Assembly (NCBI RefSeq): GCF_003010495.1 | Contig: NZ_CP027570.1 | Coordinates: 1,980,001 to 2,012,000 of the forward strand | Source of the DNA: Megasphaera elsdenii DSM 20460 | GTDB lineage: Bacteria; Bacillota; Negativicutes; Veillonellales; Megasphaeraceae | DNA: 32,000 nt | Reading direction: 5' to 3' | Shown: positions 1 to 8,203 of the stretch, one piece after another | Layout: every line of letters starts with the position of its first letter | Numbering within the stretch: position 1 is the stretch's first letter | Translations under genes and position numbers: made by a program | Notes under the pieces: model-generated | Told to the model about the DNA's origin: nothing | Database searches by the model: none | Seen by the model: the letters and a program-made list of their open reading frames with translations, nothing else

Positions 1-1
1 A

Positions 2-130
2 GATAACAAAATTATTTACTCCCTCAAGATACACACTGGAAGGTATATAGCATACCAATACGTTATCAACGAATACAAAGAGTGGAACTTACCCGAAAAT
101 AGTAAGGGGATACACGAGGAGAAAATTTGA
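2..130 (+). CDS. 3' end of a CDS entering from upstream; paralog of the next gene (HTH_36-like winged-helix protein)
   Basis: Frame is open from the window edge to TGA at 128-130. It reads DNKIIYSLKIHTGRYIAYQYVINEYKEWNLPEN, colinear with the C-terminus of the 173..646 product (NIINKLKIYTGKNVSYQYYITDYGKWILPKN). Confidence 0.5.
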   Translation, partial: DNKIIYSLKIHTGRYIAYQYVINEYKEWNLPENSKGIHEEKI

Positions 131-172
131 AAGTAGAACGTTCATAGGTAATAAGAAATGGAGGAAAGCACT

Positions 173-646
173 ATGAACACAGAAAAGAAGAATATGATTT
201 CGGTATATCCGGTTAATAAGTGGGTGAACAAGTGGGTCATAAAGAGAGGTGCTAGAGACTTCGTTTGGAGAATATCTACAAAAGCTCCTACAGATTCTTT
301 ACATATATCTCCAGACCAAATGATGGTTTTAACAGAATCTGGATTATCTCCTACAGCTAAAAGTATATTTGCTTTTCTTTTCCATCACCGTTTTTCAACC
401 ACAAGAGTTTGTCTATATGGCTCGTTGACCATTGCACGAATGTACGGATGTGCGAATAATACTGCCAAAAAAGCTCTGAAAGAACTCGAAGCTAGTAACA
501 TTATAAATAAATTGAAGATTTACACTGGGAAGAATGTATCGTATCAGTATTACATTACCGACTATGGCAAATGGATTCTCCCTAAAAATAGGCGTTCTGG
601 TGAAAATATTGAAGCCCCTATGCAAGTGATTGAATTAGATGAGTAG
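173..646 (+). CDS. HTH_36-like winged-helix DNA-binding protein (replication-initiator or regulator-like)
   Basis: ORF 158..646. The ATG at 173 lies 8 nt after GGAGG (160-164). The motif LSPTAKSIFAFLFHH...LTIARMYGCANNTAKKALKELEASNIINK resembles the HTH_36 family seen in phage and plasmid replication proteins. Confidence 0.6.
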   Translation: MNTEKKNMISVYPVNKWVNKWVIKRGARDFVWRISTKAPTDSLHISPDQMMVLTESGLSPTAKSIFAFLFHHRFSTTRVCLYGSLTIARMYGCANNTAKKALKELEASNIINKLKIYTGKNVSYQYYITDYGKWILPKNRRSGENIEAPMQVIELDE

Positions 647-668
647 GGTGTCAATAATTAATCTCTAT

Positions 669-692
669 CTAAACTTCTAAACCTCTAAACCT
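669..692 (+). repeat. Iteron-like tandem 8-mers CTAAACYT x3
   Basis: ctaaactt, ctaaacct and ctaaacct read directly at 669-676, 677-684 and 685-692. Confidence 0.6.
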
Positions 693-732
693 GTCCGAGG
701 TAACGCACCTCTTACGAGGTGCTACCTCGGAC
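693..732 (+). other. Long imperfect hairpin downstream of the HTH gene (terminator-like, but no U-tract)
   Basis: gtccgaggtaacgcacctc / ttac / gaggtgctacctcggac. This gives about a 17-bp stem with a 2-nt bulge. It is followed by aataagag rather than a T run. Confidence 0.4.
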
Positions 733-1172
733 AATAAGAGATTCGTTCGCTTTCGCTCTCTCATCTCTCTAGTATTACATACTAGTTAATTAATTAATTT
801 AAATTCTAAAGTTCTACACTAACTCTAGAATTACAATCTTAAAATAGCTCGTTGACCACAGGCCAATGAGTTATCTTAATTAATTAAATATAATAAGTTG
901 GTATGATTCTTTATCTGGAGGTAGAAAGAACGATACCAAGTAATTACTTGTATATGTTAGATTGATAATAGAGAAATTCTTAACCGGTTAAAAGATTAGA
1001 TAAAGAAGATGTATCCCCAACCACGGGCGGGGGATAGATATTAATTAAATGAATGTTTTTAATCTCCTCATTTTCTCCCGGTTAATGTTTTACTCATCAT
1101 TAGATGAGTTGGTATGGTTCGTTCTACCGCCCGTGAATGAATCATACCAAGTAATTAATATAGGAGGTAGAA

Positions 1173-1481
1173 ATGAACAAAGACACTGAACGAGATAGGT
1201 TAGCTCAACTCTACCTTGACCAGACCGTCGGCAAAGAATGTTGGGGGTATCAGAACTACGAGAATGTAATGGAAGCTTTCAACAAGAGCCCTGACGGGGA
1301 CATCACAAATATGATAAACTATCTACAGACCCATGTGATGCCTCTAGGTACACCTCTCCGGGAACTGTATCATGAAGCTTCCTCATGGAGAGCTTTCGAC
1401 TACTACAAGGAACAGCCTCGTCCCAAACTGACTGACGAGGTGGCTTACTCCATTGACATGCTGATGAAATTAAGGGGGTAA
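1173..1481 (+). CDS. hypothetical protein (102 aa)
   Basis: ORF preceded by AGGAGG (1162-1167) and tightly packed with downstream genes. Confidence 0.7.
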   Translation: MNKDTERDRLAQLYLDQTVGKECWGYQNYENVMEAFNKSPDGDITNMINYLQTHVMPLGTPLRELYHEASSWRAFDYYKEQPRPKLTDEVAYSIDMLMKLRG

Positions 1482-1485
1482 TATT

Positions 1486-1698
1486 ATGACAGAACAGGAA
1501 AGACAGGATAAGATTTTTAAAGGATTGGTCATGTTATTGATGCAAGTCGATAAATACTTTGAACGGGAGGATGATGGTGCCGAGAAAGGAGAATTGGTTA
1601 TTCTCAAAGGCCTTATCCGGAAACGGAAAGATAGTTTACTTGACTTACTGGAGAGAAAGAATGATAACATCATCCAGTTCCCGGGATTGAAAGACTGA
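1486..1698 (+). CDS. hypothetical protein (70 aa)
   Basis: ORF starts 5 nt after the previous stop. Charged, coiled-coil-like composition. An antisense ORF of similar size looks like junk. Confidence 0.55.
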   Translation: MTEQERQDKIFKGLVMLLMQVDKYFEREDDGAEKGELVILKGLIRKRKDSLLDLLERKNDNIIQFPGLKD

Positions 1699-1714
1699 TA
1701 TTCAGGAGGCACAC

Positions 1715-3694
1715 ATGGACATCCAAAACATCATCATTCAGAAAATAGATTTACCACAGTTCATCAAAGATTACGCTCATGTGGAACTTGTACGCAAAGG
1801 GAATGGCTGGCGGTGTAAATGCCCCATCCATGAGAACTCTGTCAATCCAGAGGCTATGTATGTTGACGACCGTGGCGGTTACTACTGCTTCGCCTGCAAC
1901 TCGGGAGGGAATGTCATCAACTTCCTTTCTGATTACGAGCATATCAGCTACAGTGCCGCCACAGAACGTCTTGCCTCTATGCTGAATATCAACCTCAAAG
2001 ATGACGCCGAGTACCAGGACCAGAAACGGTTGGAGGATAAATTCAACGGCTATAAGAAGAGAGGACTGGCTGGGGTAGATAATGTAAAACAGTATTTGAC
2101 GGAGAAGAGAGGGTTCACCGAGGAAACCATCCAAACGTTCGAGCTGGGTATGTGGGACGGGAAAATGACAATCCCGTTACTGGATGCCAATGGACGGACG
2201 GTAGGCATGGCAGTACGGCAGTTCGACGCCAAGCCGAAGTACATGAACAGCCGTAACAATATCCTCTATGATAAGTCTGAATTCCTCTTTGGCCTCGATA
2301 AGGCACGTCGCCTTATAAAGAATACCGTCTACGTCGTAGAAGGCTATATGGACGCAATCAGTGGCTATCAAATGGGTATTCCTACGGTAGCCTATTGCTC
2401 CAATGAGCTTCACCGTGACCAGATCCGGATGCTGAACAGTTACCTCCGCAGGGATACGACGGTTGTCATCTGCCCGGACAATGATGAAGCTGGTAAGAAA
2501 CGGATTCCGAGGGTCCGCGATTACTTCAAAGCTATTTCTCCTTCCCGTCAGGTGCGAGTCGTCCTTATGCCTGACGGCTACAAGGATATGAACGACCTTT
2601 TATTAGCCGGTATTGACGCTCAGACGCTTCCAACAGAACATATCGATAAATATGTCGCAAGACTTATTATCGAGGCTTGTAAGACCATTGAGGAAGAATA
2701 TCAGAGAGCAGAAGAGTATCTGAAGACTGTCAAATCGGAAATGATTCGTCTTGATATCATTAAATACCTCGCAGAGCGCTGGAACAAGGATGTAGAAGAC
2801 TTAAAGAAGTATTTCAACACAGTCGGGGAAGACAGCAACGACATCTTGAGTGAAGCCTCTGACATTACCGGATGTATCAACGACCTCAGAAAGATTTATT
2901 CCATCGGAGGGTACAAGACACACTTCCAGCAGATTGATAACTGCATCCGGAAAGTAGAGAAGAAACAGGTTGTGGTTATCGGGGCTTACAGTGGTGTGGG
3001 CAAAACTGATTTCGCTATCGAGTATATGCTACGGGCTATTTGTCAGGATAATATGAGAGTAGCGTTCTTTTCCCTAGAAATGCCGAAAGGTAAGCTTATC
3101 GAACGTTGTTTGGCGAAACTCATCAAATGTTCTACTCCAGAAGTAGAGGGGTACATTGCCAGCAATGACACAGCTGTACAGAAGGTCATTGCGAAGCTCC
3201 AGAACCGCCTTGTCGTATTCGATGGCAACGATTACTCCATGGGTGATATTCAGAAGCGTATAGAACTTGTCAACACGAAGAATATCCTAGGTGGCCCTAT
3301 TGATATGGTGTTCGTCGACTACTTTGGGTATATGAAAGGAACTTCTGAGTTCGAGGGAGCCTCTGCGGCGGCCACGAAGATGAAGGCGGTAGCTAAGGAG
3401 AACGACCTCATCTTTGTTATGTTGAGCCAGCTGAACCGAGGCGGTAATCCTTATGGAGAACCGAACATGCAACAGCTAAAACTGACCGGTGACTTGGAGG
3501 CTTCGGCAGATGTTATTATGCTCTTGTGGAGACCAGGGAAAGACCCTAACTTATCCCTCGAAGAGAAAGACCAGTTGGAGAACGTAACCCGTATCAAGAT
3601 TGACAAAACTCGTGATGGGATGTATGGGAATCCGGTATCTGAGTATTACTACAACAAGGCTACATCCCGTTTGGAAGAGAAATATCTGGAGTAG
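1715..3694 (+). CDS. bifunctional DNA primase / DnaB-like replicative helicase (T7 gp4-like)
   Basis: CHC2 zinc finger (CKCPIHE...YYCFACNSGGNVINF). TOPRIM motifs (VVEGYMDA, CPDNDEAGKK). Walker A GAYSGVGKTDF, Walker B MVFVDYFGYM and the DnaB-type SQLNR motif. Confidence 0.9.
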   Translation: MDIQNIIIQKIDLPQFIKDYAHVELVRKGNGWRCKCPIHENSVNPEAMYVDDRGGYYCFACNSGGNVINFLSDYEHISYSAATERLASMLNINLKDDAEYQDQKRLEDKFNGYKKRGLAGVDNVKQYLTEKRGFTEETIQTFELGMWDGKMTIPLLDANGRTVGMAVRQFDAKPKYMNSRNNILYDKSEFLFGLDKARRLIKNTVYVVEGYMDAISGYQMGIPTVAYCSNELHRDQIRMLNSYLRRDTTVVICPDNDEAGKKRIPRVRDYFKAISPSRQVRVVLMPDGYKDMNDLLLAGIDAQTLPTEHIDKYVARLIIEACKTIEEEYQRAEEYLKTVKSEMIRLDIIKYLAERWNKDVEDLKKYFNTVGEDSNDILSEASDITGCINDLRKIYSIGGYKTHFQQIDNCIRKVEKKQVVVIGAYSGVGKTDFAIEYMLRAICQDNMRVAFFSLEMPKGKLIERCLAKLIKCSTPEVEGYIASNDTAVQKVIAKLQNRLVVFDGNDYSMGDIQKRIELVNTKNILGGPIDMVFVDYFGYMKGTSEFEGASAAATKMKAVAKENDLIFVMLSQLNRGGNPYGEPNMQQLKLTGDLEASADVIMLLWRPGKDPNLSLEEKDQLENVTRIKIDKTRDGMYGNPVSEYYYNKATSRLEEKYLE

Positions 3695-3697
3695 TGC

Positions 3698-3726
3698 TTG
3701 ACAAAATACTCACTTAGAGTTATAAT
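3698..3726 (+). promoter_or_regulatory. consensus sigma-70/sigma-A type promoter
   Basis: TTGACA (3698-3703), a 17-nt spacer and TATAAT (3721-3726), all read directly. The 15-mer atactcacttaRagt from the spacer recurs at 3799-3813 in a degenerate second unit (CTTACA...AATAAA). Confidence 0.6.
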
Positions 3727-4097
3727 AAATACGTAAGGTGAGGCAAGGGAGTTTCCGAACAACAGCTCCGAGGAGGCTCCCAAAAATTTTATCTTACAAT
3801 ACTCACTTAAAGTAATAAAAAACAAAGGAGAGATAAAATGCCCTACGATTCTTACAAATGCCCAGATGGGGGCGTTATAAAAATTGAAGATTGTTTGAAG
3901 CAGTGTAGGCTAGTCGGGAAGATAAATCCCGTGACTGGGATGCTCTATGTACCGTGTGGCAGATGCTTGTCAGCCCCTACGTTACGGAAGATAGCCGAAC
4001 AGAGGGAGTGGACGGGTAAACCTTCTACAACTCAGTGCCTCAGAGGTATGGTCCTATGTCAAGATTTCGGACAAATTAAATTGAGGTTTTTCGTTTC

Positions 4098-5012
4098 TTA
4101 GATTCCCAGACGCATATTATGTTTCTGGAAATCAGCATACAGCTTTTCATAGTCATCCGGTGACATGTAGTTGCAATGGCTATGAATGCGTACGGTGTTG
4201 TAAAAGGTATTGATGTATTCAAACACCAACAAGTACGCTTGCTGATAATTTTGAATCTTGAAGCGATTGAGCCATTCCCGTTTAATCAGGGAGTGGAAGG
4301 ATTCGATGCAGGCATTGTCCCATGGATAGCCTTTCTTCGAATAGCTGCGGCGCATTTGGGATGTCTCCCGAATATATGCCTGCGAAACATACTGGCAGCC
4401 ACGGTCCGAATGGATAACCAACAGCTGTCCGGGTTTCCGGCATTGTTTGGCTTCCTGCAGCATCTTGACGATGCCGGCGACGTCCAGATTACGGGCCAGA
4501 TTCCAGGCGATGATTTTCCTGGAGAACAAATCCATAATGCTTTCCAAATAGACGAAACCTTCAGCTGTCCAGATATAGGTGATGTCGCTGCACCATACTT
4601 GATCCGGTTCTTCAGGATTGAAGCATTCCTGAAGGATATTCACCAGCGCCACGTCAAAGTCACTGTTACGGGTCGTTACGGTGTAATGCTTTACCCAGCA
4701 GGCCTGAATGCCCATTTGCCGCATGTATACGCCAACTGTGCGTTCAGAGATACTGTCCCCGTTCTGCTGCATAACTTGGGCAATCTTCGGGGCTCCGTAA
4801 ATCTGCTTGGAATCGTCGTAGATAGTTTGAATCTTTTTCTTCATCTCCTTGCGGTGCTGGGCCTGTTTCGATGGTTTGCGCGCCGCCCAGTCATAATATC
4901 CTGAAGAAGAAACGTCGAGTTCAGAAAGCACTCCGGACACCGAAAAACGACGTTCTGCCTGATGGGCATTTTCGGCTTCTTCCTGGACACTGCGATAGAT
5001 GGCAATGGTCAT
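4098..5012 (-). CDS. IS3-family transposase OrfB (DDE integrase core), probably made as an OrfAB fusion by -1 frameshifting
   Basis: DDE motifs WCSDITY, HSDRGCQY and DNACIESFH, with D-35-E spacing counted by hand. The orfB frame is open back through the A7G slippery site. Confidence 0.9.
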   Translation of the reverse strand: MTIAIYRSVQEEAENAHQAERRFSVSGVLSELDVSSSGYYDWAARKPSKQAQHRKEMKKKIQTIYDDSKQIYGAPKIAQVMQQNGDSISERTVGVYMRQMGIQACWVKHYTVTTRNSDFDVALVNILQECFNPEEPDQVWCSDITYIWTAEGFVYLESIMDLFSRKIIAWNLARNLDVAGIVKMLQEAKQCRKPGQLLVIHSDRGCQYVSQAYIRETSQMRRSYSKKGYPWDNACIESFHSLIKREWLNRFKIQNYQQAYLLVFEYINTFYNTVRIHSHCNYMSPDDYEKLYADFQKHNMRLGI

Positions 5013-5290
5013 TTGTCCAGAATGCTGATAGCTTTTTTTAGGACATTCAACGCATCCTTCGCATCCCGCAGTTCACGCTGCAGACGGGCGATTTCCTTAG
5101 CTTCATCCGAAGCATAGTTGCCGGAACCACGATAAGGCATTTCGCCATTGTCCTTCAGCTGCTTTTGCCAACGGGACAAGGTTTGTGGAGCAATACCTAG
5201 ATTCGTAGCACAGCCAACCAAGCCGAGTTCCCGATGTTCATGATAATATTTAACTGCGTTGATTTTGAATTCTTTGTTGAATTTTGCCAT
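5009..5290 (-). CDS. IS3-family transposase OrfA (HTH)
   Basis: 93-aa ORF with an HTH (GIAPQTLSRWQKQ) and a leucine-zipper-like C-terminus. AAGGAGG lies upstream of the ATG. Confidence 0.9.
   Translation of the reverse strand: MAKFNKEFKINAVKYYHEHRELGLVGCATNLGIAPQTLSRWQKQLKDNGEMPYRGSGNYASDEAKEIARLQRELRDAKDALNVLKKAISILDK
5032..5039 (-). promoter_or_regulatory. programmed -1 ribosomal frameshift site (A AAA AAA G) of the IS3 transposase
   Basis: The - strand reads cta aaa aaa gct near the orfA end. Slipping by -1 gives KKSYQHSGQMTIAIY, which joins the orfB frame with no stop. Confidence 0.7.
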
Positions 5291-6047
5291 ACTGAGGCCT
5301 CCTTAGTTAATCCTATTGTACCACCATTAGGAACCTCAGTTTGACTTGTCCTATTTATATGCTAACACCAGTACTAGGGAAGCCTACCTTATGCTAACTC
5401 ATGATTACGCTATAGACCCAAAGAGCATGATGTTTGCCCTGTTGGGGACCCAGACCCACGCCAACCTAGAACATGGTATGGAAGAGGGGGATTTAGGAGA
5501 ACAGAGATTGGATGACGGAGTATCTACTGGGGCTTTCGACTTCTACTCTCCGGAAAACGGGGGACTCTATTCGACTACAAAACGTATGGGTCATATGTAG
5601 CCGCTAAGACAATGGGAATGGGGACTCAAAAGGTTTTAGTGGGCCATTATAAAAACGGCAAACCGAGGTACAGAACAATCATCACATATGGAAATGCGAA
5701 GCATATGTTTGACTTAGCCGTACAAATGAATGACTACCGTATGAAAATAGAGAACATCCTCCACAAGCCAGTAGCGAATATGGTTTGTGAAATAATCGTC
5801 AGGGATGGCAATACCTACATGGCCACAAGCCGTGGAGTAACAGAAAATGCATATCTGGTTCCGGTTGGTAAGATTTCGGACCGTTGGATGAAACGATATA
5901 TGGAGAAAAAGGCTGGGGATTTAATAAAAGCCTTGGAAACTAAGACGCTCCCTCCACCTTGTAAAACAAGGGAATGTTGGGGTGGAAATAAATGTGAAAA
6001 GTTTTGCGCGGTAAACAAGTTTTGCGATGCTTATGGAGGTAAATAAT

Positions 6048-6440
6048 ATGGAAAATTTTGAAGTCACTTTTGATAAATTTGAAAAGGCTGTTGCAGAAGG
6101 TCTCAAAGTATCATTGTCGATGAAGAAAATCGACGGCAATAAGGTAGCTTGCACTATCAAAGGCTCGGTAAATGACCGCTCTTTAGTTTGTCTCGCTATT
6201 ATCTCTAGTTTGGCACAGATTATGAATGTCGATGCTATTGACTTGGTGGATGTTTTGGCAGAAAACGCACCGAAGCTTAGAGGGGATTACAAAGATGAAA
6301 TTCCGGAAGACTTTCTGGAAACATTAAAAGACCTCGGTGTCGAGGTGAAACAGCCCTCTGACGACGAAGAGGACGACGAAGATGAAGAAATTGAAGAACT
6401 GGCAAAAATCATCGCCAAAGCTCTTAAAAATGAATTGTGA
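6048..6440 (+). CDS. hypothetical protein with strongly acidic C-terminal tail
   Basis: The ATG at 6048 lies 7 nt after GGAGG. The C-terminus reads DDEEDDEDEEIEELAKII. Confidence 0.7.
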   Translation: MENFEVTFDKFEKAVAEGLKVSLSMKKIDGNKVACTIKGSVNDRSLVCLAIISSLAQIMNVDAIDLVDVLAENAPKLRGDYKDEIPEDFLETLKDLGVEVKQPSDDEEDDEDEEIEELAKIIAKALKNEL

Positions 6441-7074
6441 GGTGAGAGATAACTGTCTAAAGAAATATGATTGTGACTGGTGCCGGGACTACGAAGAGTA
6501 CACCCCGGTTGACCGGTCCATCAAATCTCCTAGACAGCTAGCTAAGAAGGAAGAGAAGAAAAAGAAAAAGAAGGTCAAAAAATTAAGTGACGCCTCAAAG
6601 AGAGGCAAGGCAAACCGAAGAAACGGGAGAAAAGCGGAACGAGATATTGAAAACCTCCTAAAGGACATGGGGTTGGACGCACAAAGAACCCCGATGTCGG
6701 GAGCGTTAAAAGCGGCCCATTTGATTCCTCAGCTCAAAGACCATATGTCCGGCGATATCCGGATTCAATTCAAGGGGAAAGAGCTTATTGTGGAGTGTAA
6801 AAGGAACATAAGGAGCGACCGCTGGTACAGACTGTCGGCCACCGGTATTGTCCATATAGATGGGTTCTGCTATGTGCTTCGGAAAGACCTTTTTGAATAT
6901 CTGGTAAATGGGCTCCTCGATGGGAAAGTACATGATGTTCCAGATAGTAGGTTCAAATTACTCCATAAGTATTTTGACCAAGACAATTCGGACATGGTAG
7001 TCGTAACAAGACCTTACTATGAACCACTATTCTTTTTGAAAGAAGATACATACAAATTGTTTGGAGGCAAATAA
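6430..7074 (+). CDS. Hjc-like (archaeal-type PD-(D/E)XK) Holliday junction resolvase with N-terminal Cys-rich and poly-Lys segments
   Basis: GRKAERDIENLLKDMGLDAQRTPMSGA...GDIRIQFKGKELIVECKRN matches the Hjc pattern (ER...G..v.R..SG...D...E-x-K). The N-terminus has CEVRDNCLKKYDCDWC followed by KKEEKKKKKKVKK. The start is uncertain (6382 or 6430). Confidence 0.55.
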   Translation: MNCEVRDNCLKKYDCDWCRDYEEYTPVDRSIKSPRQLAKKEEKKKKKKVKKLSDASKRGKANRRNGRKAERDIENLLKDMGLDAQRTPMSGALKAAHLIPQLKDHMSGDIRIQFKGKELIVECKRNIRSDRWYRLSATGIVHIDGFCYVLRKDLFEYLVNGLLDGKVHDVPDSRFKLLHKYFDQDNSDMVVVTRPYYEPLFFLKEDTYKLFGGK

Positions 7075-7075
7075 C

Positions 7076-7321
7076 ATGATCGTACTTAGTGAAAATGGCA
7101 AAGTTTTGATGGATGCAAAATCCATCTTCATTTCTGAAATCAAAAATAAGGAAGACAAGAACCTGATTGACGGCTACCGTATTTTAGGCTCGTGTGAAAC
7201 AAGTCCGCGCCCGGCAGTATTGAGAACATTCAATGGCGAAGACAGCCTGAAAGATGCTCAGGAAGTCCTTAGTCGGATTGGAGATGCTTTCCATGGGGTC
7301 AATATCGTCAACAACTTATGA
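7076..7321 (+). CDS. hypothetical protein (81 aa)
   Basis: The ATG at 7076 lies 8 nt after GGAGG (7063-7067). ORF 7061..7321. Confidence 0.6.
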   Translation: MIVLSENGKVLMDAKSIFISEIKNKEDKNLIDGYRILGSCETSPRPAVLRTFNGEDSLKDAQEVLSRIGDAFHGVNIVNNL

Positions 7322-7742
7322 TGAAATACTGGCCATGTTTGATGAGGTGAGGCTACGGTACGAAGATTTGAATGATACCGATGTACTGGAGGCTTTCTCT
7401 TTAATGAGAGATTCCTCCTCCCTCTTGGCCAGTTACGACACATTGGCCGCAGATGCCTATAAAATGTCAGCATTGCTCGAACGCAATGCAAAGGCTACGG
7501 AAGCGAGGAAAAGCCTTGAACTTTCCAATAAGCCTACAGACGGGGCAAGAAGAGCGGCCTCTAACGAAGAAGTAATTAAAGCGTGGCAGGATTACGTAGA
7601 AAGCGTTACAAGGCAGAAATACGTAGAAGCCAATGCTAGATTCTTGAGCCGAGTATATTTTGACGCAAAGATGATTGTCGAGAATTGCTACCGAAAGGAA
7701 CGGCCCCCGGTAGGAAATGACAGAATCGTAGGGAGGACATAA
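7293..7742 (+). CDS. hypothetical protein (about 149 aa); start uncertain (7254, 7284 or 7293)
   Basis: ORF 7254..7742 overlaps the previous gene's end. Helical, charged composition. Confidence 0.6.
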   Translation: MGSISSTTYDEILAMFDEVRLRYEDLNDTDVLEAFSLMRDSSSLLASYDTLAADAYKMSALLERNAKATEARKSLELSNKPTDGARRAASNEEVIKAWQDYVESVTRQKYVEANARFLSRVYFDAKMIVENCYRKERPPVGNDRIVGRT

Positions 7743-7743
7743 C

Positions 7744-8193
7744 ATGAAGAAAAAAAGAGGATTCGAAGTTATTTCTAGTTACGCAAAGAAAGGTATCCAT
7801 ATTCCCGAACGTAAAACCTCCAGAAGTTCTGGATATGATTTAGAAGCCGCTAAAGATACGGTTATCCAGCCTCATGATTTAACACGAGTGTATACAGGTA
7901 TTAAAGTTTATATGCCTGAGGACGAATACCTTTTAATTTCCATTCGTTCCAGCCTGGCCTTTAAAAAGGGCCTTATCTTGGCAAACGGCCCAGCAATCAT
8001 TGATAGTGACTACTACAACAACGAAGACAATGAAGGTCATTTGATTATTGGTATTTACAATCCCGGTGACAACCCTGTGTTAATTAAAAAGGGGGACCGC
8101 ATCGCTCAAGGTATTTTCATGAAGTATAAAACGACGGACGACGACACGGCTACAGGAAAACGTGTTGGTGGTATCGGAAGTACGGGCAAATAA
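7744..8193 (+). CDS. dut: dUTP diphosphatase (trimeric dUTPase)
   Basis: Motifs SSGYDL, IRSS, IIDSDYYNNEDNEG, GDRIAQG and a C-terminal GGIGSTGK. Confidence 0.9.
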   Translation: MKKKRGFEVISSYAKKGIHIPERKTSRSSGYDLEAAKDTVIQPHDLTRVYTGIKVYMPEDEYLLISIRSSLAFKKGLILANGPAIIDSDYYNNEDNEGHLIIGIYNPGDNPVLIKKGDRIAQGIFMKYKTTDDDTATGKRVGGIGSTGK

Positions 8194-8203
8194 AAGGAGT
8201 TCA

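Larger units (their letters stand above)
647..1172. promoter_or_regulatory. AT-rich, repeat- and palindrome-rich non-coding region; candidate replication origin or regulatory hub
   Basis: 526 bp with no ORF of 60 aa or more. Contains three tandem 8-mers (669-692), a long hairpin (693-732) and the palindrome ctagtat-tac-atactag (769-785). Also contains the 12-bp palindrome ttaaccggttaa (980-991). The unit ttggtatgRttc...ataccaagtaatta occurs twice (898-946 and 1109-1157). The 9-bp pair cacgggcgg (1022-1030) / ccgcccgtg (1127-1135) is long-range complementary. Confidence 0.35.
4049..5370 (-). mobile_element. IS3-family insertion sequence, copy 1 (1322 bp) with 3-bp target site duplication GTA
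   Basis: Identical to 14567..15888. Ends are TGGT...ACCA (TG/CA termini). The subterminal inverted repeat is GGACAAATTAAATTGAGGTT / GGACAAGTCAAACTGAGGTT. GTA occurs at 4046-4048 and again at 5371-5373. It has orfA plus orfB with a DDE triad. Confidence 0.9.
3838..6046 (+). pseudogene. Cas4-like / RecB-family PD-(D/E)XK nuclease with C-terminal Cys cluster, disrupted by an IS insertion and a frameshift
   Basis: Removing 4049..5373 (the IS plus one GTA) restores ...TTQCLRG-TREAYLMLTHDY... in frame. A second break sits at the G5 run 5559-5563. The -1 frame there continues GTLFDYKTYGSY (D-x-K motif), then QMNDYRM (QxxxY) and CKTRECWGGNKCEKFCAVNKFC (Fe-S-like Cys cluster). Confidence 0.75.

Noticed and set aside
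127-154. TTGAAA-16 nt-TAATAA promoter-like sequence upstream of the HTH gene
   Set aside because: The predicted transcription start would fall on or after the GGAGG RBS (160-164) of the gene it should serve, so it is unlikely to be the functional promoter.
669-1160. Short direct repeats as a possible CRISPR array
   Set aside because: The repeats are only 8 nt and contiguous (no spacers), or they are two-copy stem-loop units. There is nothing like 25-40-nt repeats with unique spacers, and no cas genes. The Cas4-like gene here is a stand-alone phage nuclease.
4176-4904. 242-aa + strand ORF inside IS copy 1 (and its twin at 14694..15422)
   Set aside because: It lies fully antisense to the transposase orfB, which has a clear DDE triad. 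It has no RBS, and its Leu/Arg/Gly-rich composition is typical of an antisense frame.
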